From assembly GCA_002104905.1 (NCBI GenBank), contig MCFE01000221.1:59783-123782 (forward strand): a DNA stretch of 64,000 nucleotides, in the 5' to 3' direction. The notes beneath the pieces are model-generated. The model worked only from the letters and a program-made list of their open reading frames with translations, was not told the origin of the DNA and ran no database searches. This stretch comes from Basidiobolus meristosporus CBS 931.73 (Eukaryota; Fungi; Basidiobolomycota). The translations under genes and the position numbers were made by a program. This document shows, in pieces, positions 39,048 through 51,945 of this stretch (its first letter is position 1; every line of letters begins with the position of its first letter).

Positions 39048-39273
39048 CTGGTGCGGGCCAGATCCCAATCGGAAGACATTTTATTTCAGGAAAAAAAGAC
39101 CAGCGCAATGAGGATTCTGGTAGGTGAAAAAAAAATTCCTTGAGCGAGGGGCAGACGCTAGGCGTAAAAGTGAAAAAGAATAACTTGAGCACTCTTGCGT
39201 TCACGTTGCATTGGTTGTGGGTGGAGCAAATACATTTGTCCAGTAAAGTTGCACCATAACGTATACTCTGAAA

Positions 39274-40883
39274 ATGGCTCAGTACGATTTGACTTCCAAG
39301 ATGGTCCCTTATTTGGATAGACATCTGGTCTATCCACTATTGGAATTTTTGTCCTTGAAAGAGGCAAGTTCTTCGCCACTCTGAACCTTCTTGTTCCTGG
39401 TTTTAATCCAACTTCCCTCACCCCACGTAGATTTACCCCGAGGAGGACATTCTCCAAGCCAAGTATGATCTCTTGTCGAAGACCAACATGATTGATACTG
39501 CTGCTGAGTTGTTCAAGCAAATCCACCACGTCGAGGAGGCCCCTGCTGGTTAGTTTCAAACGCAGAATGCTTCCCGAAAGCAGCCTCCATACATAGCATA
39601 GAAACGGCGTGATATTGATTCCCTTTGCTATCTTAGAATTTACCGACAAGCGCAAGAACGTCATCGACACCCTTGAAGGGTTGCAATCGGAGGCCGGAAA
39701 GGTCTTGGAGGTGATCGAAAACCCCGATGTTATCTCCGCTTTGAGACAGGATAAATTCCAGAACTTGCAATTCTTGAGAGAGAAGTACAACGTAAGTGAG
39801 CGTCACTTTGCATGGTCTTTTGCGACCGGCGAGCTTACTCTTTACACAGATCACTCCCGAAATGGTCTCTATTTTGTACCAATTTGGTAAATACCAATTC
39901 AACTGCGGTATTTACGGAGCTTCTGCTGATATGCTCTATCACTTCAGAGTTCTCGTACGTATATCCTCTTCGCCTCTGATGCACTGCGTATTGTTGATGT
40001 TTATGTCGTTGCTCTCTAGTCCACTGACTCTGAAATGAACCTCTCTGCTCTTTGGGGTAAGCTCGCCTCCGAGATCTTGACTGGTAACTGGGAGGTTGCT
40101 CTTGAGGATCTTCAAAAGCTCAAGGAGGCCATTGACCAGAAGAACTTCCCATCTCCTCTCCACCAGCTTCAGCAGCGCAGCTGGCTCATCCACTGGTCAT
40201 TGTTCGTTTTCTTCAACCACCCCAATGGCCGTGATGGTATCATCGACATGTTCTTCCAGCCACAATTCATCAGCACCATTCAGTCCAGCTGCCCCTGGAT
40301 CCTTCGTTACCTCACTACTGCTGTGATCACCAACAAGCGCAGAAAGGGAATCATGAAGGACTTGGTGAAGATCATCGAGCAAGAGTCTTACACTTATCAA
40401 GACCCTATCACCGAGTTCGTCAAGTGCCTCTATGTCAAGTTCGACTTCGAAGGAGCCCAGAAGAAATTGAGTGAATGCGAGGAAGTTTTGGCCAACGATT
40501 TCTTCCTGGTTGCCACTTTGGATGACTTCGTCGAGAATGCTCGTTGCTTCATTTCCGAGACTTACTGCCGCATTCATCAAAAGATCGACATTAGTGACTT
40601 GTCCCAAACCTTGAACATGTCTCAGGATGAGGGCGAGAAATGGATCGTGAACCTCATTCGCGATACCCGCGTTGACGCCAAGATCGATTTCAAAGAAAAC
40701 ACCGTGTTGATGAATACCAACTACCCTTCGATCTACCAACAAGTGATTGAGCGCACCAAGGGTCTTTCTTTCCGCTCTCAAGTGCTTGTTTCTAGCATTG
40801 AGAAGAGGGAAAACGCCGTTGCTGCTGCCGCCGCCGCCGCTGCTGCTGCCGCCAGTGAAAACGCTGCGGAGTCTGCTGAATAG
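39274..40883 (+). CDS. EIF3E: Translation initiation factor eIF3 subunit e (INT6)
   Basis: [53 protein letters not shown] and a PCI domain. The first intron is GC-AG (39364-39430). C-terminal poly-Ala. Confidence 0.97.
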
Positions 40884-41180
40884 ATCTAATTCATTTCCAT
40901 CCTCTTTTCCAAATATCTTCTCAAACATTAACTTCGTTCATCCTTTTGTTCTTCAAAAATACCACCGAGAATAAAATGATCTAATCTGTACAGTGGCAAA
41001 TCTCTCACCGTAGCAAGGTTGATGGTGTGTTCTGGTGAGGCCGTTGATGTTTTGGCTGATGGGTAGGAGGCGTTGCTGGTTTTTAATTTATTGGACCTTG
41101 CTTTATTAGTTAACGGCTGAGGTAAATATATTGGGTATATACAAATAATAAATAGTCATTAAATACGTAAGGCGAGCGGG

Positions 41181-42497
41181 TTAGAAGTCCGTTTCTTGCA
41201 AACTCTTCTGGCCCATCTTGATAAATCTTGGGTAGGTGTAGCGGAACATGAGGTTGCGTACTTCAACCAAAGCCCTATCGAACACATCAAGTCCTATGTC
41301 TTTTGACTGGAAGCGTCTGCGAATCTCACGCACAGTGGTGGCCTCCAGGTTAAGCTCGAACTCGGCGTCGCTGGCAATGAACTTGCTGTAGATCATATTG
41401 ATCTCAAGTAGCACATCCACTGGTAACTCACTCCTGTCTCCCTTCAAGTCGCTGCAGGCAACTCGAAGACGCATCATATGCTCGTAGAATAGAGCATTCT
41501 CCACGCTGAAGTCACGGAGTGAGAATCTCTTGAATATCTCGAATTGCTGAGGATCTTCCAACATGGACTCAAACGAGGCCATGCTAGAGCTTGAGCTTTG
41601 CTTGTCTGTGCCCCGGATGGCATCAATGGTTGGCAGGATGATGCTGAACACATGACTGATCATGAGGGCAACCACACTCCAGTGGGCAGCTGGGAAGAGC
41701 TTGATCACATCCTTGAGTGCTGGTAGAGCGGCGAACAGGATGTACAGCATGAATGCAATCACGCCCAGAGTGAAGTCGGCCATGAGCTCGCGCTTGATGC
41801 CGTATGCATCGTGGACCCCACGAAGCCACGAGATGAACAGTGGGCACAGGACGAAGACATAGAAGGCTGATGTGAGGTAGATGGGGATGAACTCCCACCC
41901 AACCAGACAGTGACCCAAGGCAATTGTCGGGGTGATCTGGAACTTGGTGGTGAATGCCTGGACAAGCAGGGTGAGGGCTAGCTGAAGGGCCAGTGCGCCG
42001 CTGATGAGCTTCACGATATAGTTGGTGGTGAACTTCTCACGATGCTTGTAATACCAGTTCTGGTCAAGGACAAGGGTTGGCGAGTGGATGATCTTCTCCT
42101 TAGGCGAGATGTCGACATAGTGAGTGCTCGAGTTCTGGCTGCTCTGCCCGGCCACGAGCTTGGCTTGGCTGAAGTGGTAGAGGAAGGCAAGTCTGGCAAA
42201 TCGGCCAGCAACAGCGGTGAGCCAGAGAGGCATTCCAACAGAAGAGACCCAGATGTTCACGAAGCATGGGAACTGATCATAGGTCGGCTCACGGCCCAGG
42301 TACAGCGTGGTGACCAGCGAGTTGCCAATCACCATGAACACGGATAGTGTGATGCTTCGGTAGCGAATGGCGGGCGAATCATGTTGCATGATGAATAGGA
42401 TCGTGGTGGAGATCAGGACGAAGTTCCATGCTATTGTCAGAGGATAGTAGATCTTCTGGAGCGTGGTCCACCCTTCGTTAGTAGCCGCGTTGTCCAT
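41181..42497 (-). CDS. 7TM-RGS protein (multi-pass membrane domain plus C-terminal RGS domain), copy 1, intronless
   Basis: About seven hydrophobic segments, then MLEDPQQFEIFKRFSLRDFSVENALFY...IYSKFI...ELNL...VFDRALVEVRNLM...YPRF (RGS fold motifs). Confidence 0.88.
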   Translation of the reverse strand: MDNAATNEGWTTLQKIYYPLTIAWNFVLISTTILFIMQHDSPAIRYRSITLSVFMVIGNSLVTTLYLGREPTYDQFPCFVNIWVSSVGMPLWLTAVAGRFARLAFLYHFSQAKLVAGQSSQNSSTHYVDISPKEKIIHSPTLVLDQNWYYKHREKFTTNYIVKLISGALALQLALTLLVQAFTTKFQITPTIALGHCLVGWEFIPIYLTSAFYVFVLCPLFISWLRGVHDAYGIKRELMADFTLGVIAFMLYILFAALPALKDVIKLFPAAHWSVVALMISHVFSIILPTIDAIRGTDKQSSSSSMASFESMLEDPQQFEIFKRFSLRDFSVENALFYEHMMRLRVACSDLKGDRSELPVDVLLEINMIYSKFIASDAEFELNLEATTVREIRRRFQSKDIGLDVFDRALVEVRNLMFRYTYPRFIKMGQKSLQETDF

Positions 42498-43088
42498 GGA
42501 TGAGAACGTTTGCTGATCGGTAGTAGTTGGAGATTTCTAGTTTGTAATTGATGAGGTGAATGGGAATCGGAGAGTCTTATAAAGCTTTTAGATCTGAGAG
42601 GTCCACCTCGTTAGGAGTACAGAACTTATGCATCCCGTGCTTGTAACGGAATTATTGGAATTTACTCCTCATACACGCTTGGTACTTATCACTCATAAAT
42701 AATGCATCCAGATTATTAAGGCATTGCGCACAGTTATCTCCTATAAGCATCAATTAAATTCTTGCACTTGCTATGCTGTTACATGAAAAGCAGTCTCTCC
42801 TAACTTCCTTATGTAGCACAATGCACGGGGCAATTAAGGTTTTTAGACTTGGCTTCAAGCTTTCATCAGTAGCCCAATCTTATTATGAGATCCGAGTTGA
42901 TCCCAAGTAAAAACAAACATCAGTTCTTTTATCTATCACTATATTGCCAATAACACGTTTAGCTAGAGATCATTCGCTTAGGTAATTGCTTTATTGATTA
43001 ACCAGTACTGATTTACTTGATGTATGGTGAAATATCTCGTCGTAAGAAGTAGTTCCAGAACATTATTCGCACTTAAGATATATATAAA

Positions 43089-44405
43089 TTAAAAATCGGT
43101 TTCTTGCAAACTCTTCTGGCCCATCTTGATAAATCTTGGGTAGGTGTAGCGGAACATGAGGTTACGTACTTCAACCAAAGCCCTATCGAACACATCAAGT
43201 CCTATGTCTTTTGACTGGAAGCGTCTGCGAATCTCACGCACAGTGGTGGCCTCCAGGTTAAGCTCGAACTCGGCGTCGCTGGCAATGAACTTGCTGTAGA
43301 TCATATTGATCTCAAGTAGCACATCCACTGGTAACTCACTCCTGTCTCCCTTCAAGTCGCTGCAGGCAACTCGAAGACGCATCATATGCTCGTAGAATAG
43401 AGCATTCTCCACGCTGAAGTCACGGAGTGAGAATCTCTTGAATATCTCGAATTGCTGAGGATCTTCCAACATGGACTCAAACGAGGCCATGCTAGAGCTT
43501 GAGCTTTGCTTGTCTGTGCCCCGGATGGCATCAATGGTTGGCAGGATGATGCTGAACACATGACTGATCATGAGGGCGACCACACTCCAGTGGGCAGCTG
43601 GGAAGAGCTTGATCACATCCTTGAGTGCTGGTAGAGCGGCGAACAGGATGTACAGCATGAATGCAATCACGCCCAGAGTGAAGTCGGCCATGAGCTCGCG
43701 CTTGATGCCGTATGCATCGTGGACCCCACGAAGCCACGAGATGAACAGTGGGCACAGAACGAAGACATAGAAGGCTGATGTGAGGTAGATGGGGATGAAC
43801 TCCCACCCAACCAGACAGTGACCCAAGGCAATTGTCGGGGTGATTTGGAACTTAGTGGTGAATGCCTGGACAAGCAGGGTGAGGGCTAGCTGAAGGGCCA
43901 GTGCGCCGCTGATGAGCTTCACGATATAGTTGGTGGTGAACTTCTCACGATGCTTGTAATACCAGTTCTGGTCAAGGACAAGGGTTGGCGAGTGGATGAT
44001 CTTCTCCTTAGGCGAGATGTCGACATAGTGAGTGCTCGAGTTCTGGCTGCTCTGCCCGGCCACGAGCTTGGCTTGGCTGAAGTGGTAGAGGAAGGCAAGT
44101 CTGGCAAATCGGCCAGCAACAGCGGTGAGCCAGAGAGGCATTCCAACAGAGGAGACCCAGATGTTCACGAAGCATGGGAACTGATCATAGGTCGGCTCAC
44201 GGCCCAGGTACAGCGTGGTGACCAGCGAGTTGCCTATCACCATGAACACGGATAGTGTGATGCTTCGGTAGCGAATGGCGGGCGAATCATGTTGCATGAT
44301 GAATAGGATCGTGGTGGAGATCAGGACGAAGTTCCATGCTATTGTCAGAGGATAGTAGATCTTCTGGAGCGTGGTCCACCCTTCGTTAGTAGCCGCGTTG
44401 TCCAT
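43089..44405 (-). CDS. 7TM-RGS protein, copy 2 (protein identical to copy 1)
   Basis: Same 438-aa translation in the ORF track; only synonymous differences are seen. Confidence 0.88.
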   Translation of the reverse strand: MDNAATNEGWTTLQKIYYPLTIAWNFVLISTTILFIMQHDSPAIRYRSITLSVFMVIGNSLVTTLYLGREPTYDQFPCFVNIWVSSVGMPLWLTAVAGRFARLAFLYHFSQAKLVAGQSSQNSSTHYVDISPKEKIIHSPTLVLDQNWYYKHREKFTTNYIVKLISGALALQLALTLLVQAFTTKFQITPTIALGHCLVGWEFIPIYLTSAFYVFVLCPLFISWLRGVHDAYGIKRELMADFTLGVIAFMLYILFAALPALKDVIKLFPAAHWSVVALMISHVFSIILPTIDAIRGTDKQSSSSSMASFESMLEDPQQFEIFKRFSLRDFSVENALFYEHMMRLRVACSDLKGDRSELPVDVLLEINMIYSKFIASDAEFELNLEATTVREIRRRFQSKDIGLDVFDRALVEVRNLMFRYTYPRFIKMGQKSLQETDF

Positions 44406-44915
44406 GGATGAGAACGTTTGTTGATTGGCAGTAGTTGGAGATTTCTAGTTTGTAATTGATGAGGTGAATGGGAATCGGGGAATGTTATAAAGCTTTCAGA
44501 TCTGTAGGCGACCTGCTAAGATTGGTACCTCCTAAGATTAATTGGATCCACATGCAAGGATCTCATACTTGGAGTAAGATGTTCATAATATTGTTTCTGT
44601 TGCACCTACTTTTTCATGTACGTCTATCAGGTGGCCACAACCGTCTACCAAAAAAGGGAATACCTTCACCCCAAGCTATACGACATTTGGCCGTTCTATT
44701 CGTACGTTATATGCAATGTCGAAGCGTTAGCTTCATTGAAGGTTTAATCCCCTAAATAGAGTTCACTTTGTCCCAACTGATGAAACAGCGCATGGATGTG
44801 ACTGCCAGATTCTATATATGTTAAAATGTGCTATACAGCTGCTGTGGCTTACATTTCAATGGTTCTTTTATTTCCAAGGAGATATGAGCAACATGGGTGT
44901 AGGTGATATCTATAC

Positions 44916-45892
44916 TTACAAATATGCCTTTTGCATGCTTTTGGGACCCATTTTAATGAAACGTGGGTAGGCATAGCGGAACATTAAATTACACACCTCG
45001 CTAAGTGCCCTGCCGAACAAGTCTGGACTGATATTTTTATTCTGGAATTGATGGCGAATTTCTGACTCTTGAGGCCTCCAGGTTAACTTCAAACTCTGCA
45101 TCGCTGGCAATGAACTTACTATAGATCATATTGATCTCAAGTAGCACCTTTGGAGGTGGATCCTTTGATCTATATTCAATCCTAAGCAAAGTTCCTTGAA
45201 GTGAGACATTTGCTCATAAAGTAGAGCGTTCTCAACACTCAAGTCGTACAGGGAGAATCTCTTGAATATCTCGAATTGCTGAGAATCTTCCAACATGGAC
45301 TCAAACGAGACCATGCTAGAGCTTGAGCTTTGCCTGTCTGTGCCCCGGATGGCATCAATGGTTGGCAGGATGATGTTGAACACATGACTGATCATGAGGG
45401 CAACCACACTCCAGTGGGCAGCTGGGAAGAGCTTGATCACATCCTTGAGTGCTGGTAGAGCGGCGAACAGGATGTACAGCATGAATGCAATCACGCCCAG
45501 AGTGAAGTCGGCCATGAGCTCGCGTTTGATGCCGTATGCATCGTGGACCCCACGAAGCCACGAGATGAACAGTGGGCACAGGACGAAGACATAGAAGGCT
45601 GATGTGAGGTAGATGGGGATGAACTCCCACCCAACCAGACAGTGACCCAAGGCGATTGTCGGGGTGATCTGGAACTTGGTGGTGAATGCCTGGACAAGCA
45701 GGGTGAGGGCTAGCTGAAGGGCCAGTGCGCCGCTGATGAGCTTCACGATGTAGTTGGTGGTGAACTTCTCACGATGCTTGTAGTACCAGTTCTGGTCAAG
45801 GACAAGGGTTGGCGAGTGGATGATCTTCTCCTTAGGCGAGATGTCGACATAGTGAGTGCTCGAGTTCTGGCTGCTCTGTCCGGCCACGAGCT
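44916..45892 (-). pseudogene. 7TM-RGS copy 3: 5'-truncated, with a diverged and frameshifted RGS tail
   Basis: Near-identical to copies 1 and 2 over ~45290-45892 and breaks off at 45892, so the start and first TM helices are missing. The tail is split across frames (…SVENALLYEQ; …ALSEVCNLMFRYAYPRFIKMG). Confidence 0.8.
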
Positions 45893-46307
45893 TGATGATG
45901 CGTTAATTGATGAGCCACCTCAGTCCAAAGCCCGTTTAAATAGCTCACTACATATATAATATTCAGTAGTAAAGGCCACCCCAAACTGCATAGCATTGCT
46001 TAGCTGGGCAGCTCATAATTTTGGTAATGTTTGGAGTAATACCCTGCCTCCTCTATATGTGGGGTCGCATTTTAGCTACTAATTAATATACCATACAATA
46101 CTAATATTATAGGTAGTTTTGTGTCTGTGCATATTATGCTGCAGGTGGTCTATCAGTAAAACAATAATAGTAAGAATAGGAGTAGCCATACTTCAAATGG
46201 TCTTTTATATGGACACTATCTCAATTACCGGCTACGTGGAATACACAAGAAACAAGTCTATGTCTATTGGATATATGCGTATATTCACTAGTAACTGAAA
46301 TTAATAA

Positions 46308-48062
46308 TTAGGAGCTAAATACTTGATCGATCACACCCCCACCGAGACACCAGTCGCCTTGATATACTACAACATACTGGCAGGATTGTCACTATGGAAT
46401 AATATAATAATCATAACTGCCATGGAGCGACTTACTTGGCCGGGTACTACGCCACGTTGGCTGTTCTCAAATGTGAACTGGTATTGATCCCCCTGGATCT
46501 TAACTATCTTACAGCGTTCTATGAAATATCCATCAATAAAATAGCCGGGATGATGGCCAGGTGACTAAAATAAATGGCTAAAATACCTGGATCCGTTCGG
46601 TATCGTATCTGTGCCTCTACCGGTAGTTTGTCACCAGGCATCTCTCCATTGATCCAGAAGAGATCACGAGCAATCAGAGCATTTGAATAGAGCTTAGGAT
46701 GATCTCTACATTGTGGCCAAGGTTAACCCCAGGGTCTTGGGAGCTTTATAAAGATCAGTACGGAGGTTACCTTCCTGGGCCCACTATGATTTGGTTACGC
46801 TGGATATCTTTATCAAGTACAAACATCCTTGAGTGAGGGTGGAAAGTGTGAGGGTAGACAGTTCAATCCAATCGAAACGGTGCTGCTAATACCTTTCACC
46901 TCTCCCAGCAATCTTGGCGCATTGGCCGATTGTAAGAGAGAATAACCCCTGGTGTGTTCCCACGAGCCTCCCATCAACATCAACAATCTCCCCCGGATTC
47001 TGCGGGATATATTCAGCTATATGCAACGCAGGTGTGAGATTGAGATCAGAAATTATGATGTATACTTTCTCGCCCTACCGAGGAAATCGCTGAACTTCTT
47101 CCGTTTCCCTACAAAGCATATGCCCATGCTCTCTGCTTTGTGTTTGGTTGCTAGATTGGCTTCAACAGCAATCTCTCTAACCTGCGGCTTGGTCAATTCG
47201 CCTAGAGGGAACAGTGCCTTCATCATGTGAGCTATGTGAACATTCAATCAAGTGATCTAGCAACCTTACCTGTTTCAATTTGGATTCCCCAACGTTGGCC
47301 AGATAGTAGCTTTGATCCTTATTACGATCAATTCCACGAAAGAGCCTTGTTTGCGAGTCAACCTGCACAACCCTCGCGTAGTGTCCTGCCGCATGTTTTA
47401 ATCGAGTGAAACAGTCCACGTAGCCATGAAAACTACTCTACCTGTAGCAAGCCATTTGCCATACCCTTCCAAAGCACGATCCATCAATGCTCCAAATTTG
47501 ATTTCTCTGTTGCACAATATATCTGGGTTTGGCGTCACGCCTTTAGCGTAATCGCTCAGAACACGCTCAAATACTTCAGTCCAATACTCCTTGGTAAAAT
47601 CCACCTGAGCAATAGAAGCGGTGTAAATCGCCATACTAAATTAACTGAAGCAAAAACTTTACCCTGCGACAAGGAATGCTCAGTTGTTCACATACACGTT
47701 GTACATCCTTCCAATCTTCTTCGCTTGTGCAGACTCCTCGCTCGTCCGAAGTATCCCAATTACGCATATACACTCCGTCTACATCGTATCCCTAGCGAGT
47801 AACTTAGTGTCTCTGTGTGAAGATTCGTTGTCGTTGCTCAACATACTTGTTTCTTCAGAAGATATGCAGTTACACTCGAATCCACCCCACCTGACATTGC
47901 AACAACCACTGCGGAACCGGAACAAATTAACTCGTATAACTATGCTTTGGTTTTAACTATGGGCACAATACCTTTCTCACCAGGCTTTGGCCCATGTTTA
48001 TGGAAAGTAGAGAAGCATTGCCTCGCAAGGGAGTTTCGAGTGAAGAATTTTTTAGCGAACAT
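46308..48062 (-). CDS. SLM3: Mitochondrial tRNA-specific 2-thiouridylase (MnmA/TRMU), multi-intron
   Basis: Basic presequence [67 protein letters not shown] and PGQ...CLGGGVI. Confidence 0.93.
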
Positions 48063-48237
48063 ATCCTGTTGGTATATGCAAAAATTCCAAATATTTGACA
48101 TTTCAGCGATCATGTGATCTGTTCAAAGCATTACTTTTATTTACAGTCAATAAAGCAAGTAAGGAAGTGCTGGGAAAGTGCTGGGAGTGCAATTAAGCCC
48201 TTCCGAACCGTTACAATCTATGCTAATGCCTCTCCAG

Positions 48238-49052
48238 TTACTCAAAAAAGTCGTCTTGCTCTGCCTTTTCCGAACCGTGGTTCTTGGGTTTCTTGAATTT
48301 CTTCGAGGCTTCCGGTCTGTCGAAGGCCTCAAAGGATTGTTCACTGCTTTGGGGAAGCTCATTATTGTCCATCATTTCACGAATCTTCCCACGAATCTCT
48401 TCACGGCGTTTGACAACCTCAGGGTCGTCAGCATTCTCCTTGGGGAATAAGGAGATATATTTCTCAAGTCGGGGATAATGCTAAAAGATGGTCAGAAAAC
48501 AAGCGGATATTCGTCTGCAATATGGTAAGTCTTACCAAAATGTAGTTGAGGTTGACTTGATGCTCCTTGAGCTCTGTTTCGATGCTTTTACGTTCCTTCG
48601 ATTTCAAATCATCCGCCTCCAACTTTTTCTCGCATTGCTTTATCTTGCGTGTGACTTTCTGTCGCTCTAATAGTGTAGTGTTAGATCCAGCTCGAGAAAA
48701 CAATATTCCTATATTGCTGTTGTACCGAAAAATTTGACCATTCGATACTTCGAAGCTAGTTTCTTTTCCTTATCGGAAACTTGCAGTTCGTCTAATTGAA
48801 GCTGGATCGCTTTCAGCTTACGTTCAGCATTAACACGCACATCTGCCGGTAATTTTTCCTTTTCATTAATTAGCAAAGGCAACAGGAAGAAAAGAAAAAA
48901 AAGGGAAAAACCTTCTTGAGTAGACGCTGTGTATCTCTCAGCTTCTTCTTAAGCTGGGAAGCGCTTTCGCTCTCGGGCTTCTTAGGGATATACTTGTAAG
49001 GGCGTTTGTCACCTTTTGCTTGCGAGTCCGTGGCACTGGCAACTTTGGGCAT
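48238..49052 (-). CDS. EFG1: rRNA-processing protein Efg1 (the yeast ribosome-biogenesis EFG1, not the Candida TF)
   Basis: LKKKLRDTQRLLKK, LPADVRVNAERKL, KYRMVKFFERQKVTRKIKQ, VNLNYILHYPRLEKYISLFP and DDFF at the C-terminus. Confidence 0.88.
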
Positions 49053-49396
49053 ATTTACTTCAACGTAAGACGCTAGTGAAAACGTGGAGTCTATTGAAAT
49101 ATCACTTAAGTTGTGGACACTTTTTTTCAACTCTAATAGAAAGTATATATGATCAGAACATGTGACTGCTATATCAATTTTTTTTCACAACCATTTTAAT
49201 CATCATTCAAAATTCAATTCGTGTGAAGAACTGGGATTCTGACTAAGAAATTGTTTAGTTACTTCTAGGTGGATATTGCGATATTCATAGTTAAGTTTCC
49301 GAGGAGGGCAGAAGGTTTACATCAATTGTATGTCGATAATTATCTAATGGCACGAGGTCTAGCCATAAACGGCTTCAATAGCTATACATTCCATGC

Positions 49397-51945
49397 TTAG
49401 AGGCAGATGGTGATGGAGTCGTTGATACTCTGAATGGGGATGCGGATAGGCTCTTCACAGGAGCTACCGTCATCGGCTTGCTTGAGCTTGTGTCCATACT
49501 TGTCGTTGTTGCCATATTTAGGCTTGCGGTGGTGGACCTTGGCCCTGGCAATCAAGTGTGAGTCTTCGAGTGCCTCCTCCTGAGCGTGTACGCTGCGAGC
49601 AACTAGTGCGGCCTTGCCATCCTTGCCATCTTTTCCGTCCTTGCCATCTTTGCCATCTTTGCCGTCCTTGCCATCAAGACCGTCTTTGCCATCTTTTCCA
49701 TCCTTGCCGTCCTTGCCATCTTTTCCGTCTTTGCCATCCTTTCCATCCTTGCCGTCTTTACCATTCAGGCCGTCTTTGCCATCCTTACCATCCTTTCCGT
49801 CCTTTCCATCCTTACCAGGTGGGCCAGGGATGGGAGTGAAAGAGGGCGAAGGCGAGGGAGCAGGCTTTCTGTAGGCTCTGGCAATCATATGGCCTTCAGA
49901 TTCGGATTCGGGGTGGCTTTGGATTTGCTGGTTGCTCGATTTGGCGGCAGCATCCTTTCCGTCCTTGCCGTCTTTACCGTCCTTGCCATCTTTTCCATCT
50001 TTACCATCTTTGCCGTCTTTTCCATCTTTGCCATCCAGGCCATCCTTTCCGTCTTTTCCATCCTTGCCGTCCTTCCCGTCCTTACCATCCTTGCCGTCTA
50101 GGCCATTTTTGCCATCCTTCCCGTCCTTTCCGTCTTTTCCATCCTTACCAGGTGGGCCAGGGATGGGAGTGAAAGAGGGCGAAGGCGAGGGAGCAGGTTT
50201 TCTGTAGGCTCTGGCAATCATATGGCCTTCAGATTCGGATTCGGGGTGGCTTTGGATTTGCTGGTTGCTGGACTTGGCAGCAGCATCCTTTCCGTCCTTG
50301 CCGTCTTTACCGTCCTTGCCATCTTTTCCATCTTTGCCGTCCTTGCCGTCTTTTCCATCTTTGCCATCGAGGCCATCCTTTCCGTCCTTGCCATCCTTGC
50401 CGTCCTTTCCATCTTTACCGTCCTTTCCGTCTTTGCCATCCTTACCATCCTTCCCGTCTTTGCCATCCTTACCATCCTTACCAGGAGGGCCAGGGATGGG
50501 AGTGAAAGAGGGCGAAGGCGAGGGAGCAGGCTTTCTGTAGGCTCTGGCAATCATATGGCCTTCAGATTCGGATTCGGGGTGGCTTTGGATTTGCTGGTTG
50601 CTCGATTTGGCGGCAGCATCCTTTCCGTCCTTGCCGTCTTTACCGTCCTTGCCATCTTTTCCATCTTTACCATCTTTGCCGTCCTTGCCGTCTTTTCCAT
50701 CTTTGCCATCGAGGCCATCCTTTCCGTCCTTGCCGTCCTTTCCGTCTTTACCGTCCTTGCCATCTAGACCGTTCTTACCATCCTTCCCGTCCTTTCCGTC
50801 CTTTCCATCCTTACCAGGTGGGCCAGGGATGGGAGTGAAAGAGGGCGAAGGCGAGGGAGCAGGTTTTCTGTAGGCTCTGGCAATCATATGGCCTTCAGAT
50901 TCGGATTCGGGGTGGCTTTGGATTTGCTGGTTGCTCGATTTGGCGGCAGCATCCTTTCCGTCCTTGCCGTCTTTACCGTCCTTGCCATCTTTTCCATCTT
51001 TACCATCTTTGCCGTCCTTGCCGTCTTTTCCATCTTTGCCATCGAGGCCATCCTTTCCGTCCTTTCCATCTTTGCCGTCTTTACCGTCCTTTCCGTCTAG
51101 ACCGTTCTTACCATCCTTCCCGTCTTTTCCATCCTTTCCATCCTTGCCAGGAGGGCCAGGGATGGGGGTGAAAGAAGGTGAAGGTGAGGGGGCAGGCTTT
51201 CTGTAGGCTCTGGCAATCATATGGCCTTCAGATTCTGCTTCGGGGTGGCTTTGGATTTGCTGATTACTGGCTAAGGCTGCTTTGCCATCTTTCCCGTCCT
51301 TTCCATCCTTGCCATCTTTCCATCCTTTCCATCCTTGCCATCTTTGCCGTCCTTTCCGTCCTTGCCATTCAAGCCATCCTTGCCGTCTTTGCCGTCCTTT
51401 CCATCTTTACCGTCCTTGCCGTCCTTGCCATTCAGACCGTCTTTACCGTCCTTGCCATCCTTTCCGTCCTTCCCATCCTTGCCGGGTGGTCCGGGAACAG
51501 GAATCACCGTAGGTAAAGGATCCGGCTTTCTGTAAGCTCTGGCCATCAGTGCAGCCTTGCCGTCTTTGCCATCTTTGCCATCCTTGCCATCCTTGCCGTC
51601 TTTTCCATCCTTGCCATCCTTGCCATCTTTACCGTCCTTGCCATCCTTGCCGTCCTTGCCGTCCTTCCCGTCTAGACCATCCTTGCCATCCTTGCCGTCT
51701 TTCCCATTTAGGCCATCCTTGCCATCTTTCCCATCCTTTCCATCCTTTCCATCTTTGCCTGGGGGTCCAGGGACTGGGATGACCGATGGCGATGGGTTGG
51801 GCTTTGGTCGGTAAGCACGAGCCTCCAGGTTCTCGTTGAACTCGGCTATTTGGAATCCATTGTTGTTTGCGTTGTTCTCTACGACAGCACCTCTAACCAG
51901 AGCTGTGGCAGTAACGAATAGAGCGAGTAATGCGAAAGATTTCAT
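49397..51945 (-). CDS. Secreted (Gly-Lys-Asp)n collagen-like repeat protein, copy A (7 modules; 1-nt frameshift near 51320)
   Basis: Signal peptide MKSFALLALFVTATALVRG. Repeated xxAR-AYRKP...PGPP-(GKD)n modules. Ends in CEEPIRIPIQSINDSITICL. One G is missing relative to copy B at ~51320. Confidence 0.8.

Noticed and set aside
34564-40928. Long antisense ORFs 34564-35193, 37964-38617 and 40197-40928
   Set aside because: They mirror the codon-biased RPL7, RPL6 and eIF3e exons and show no independent motifs.
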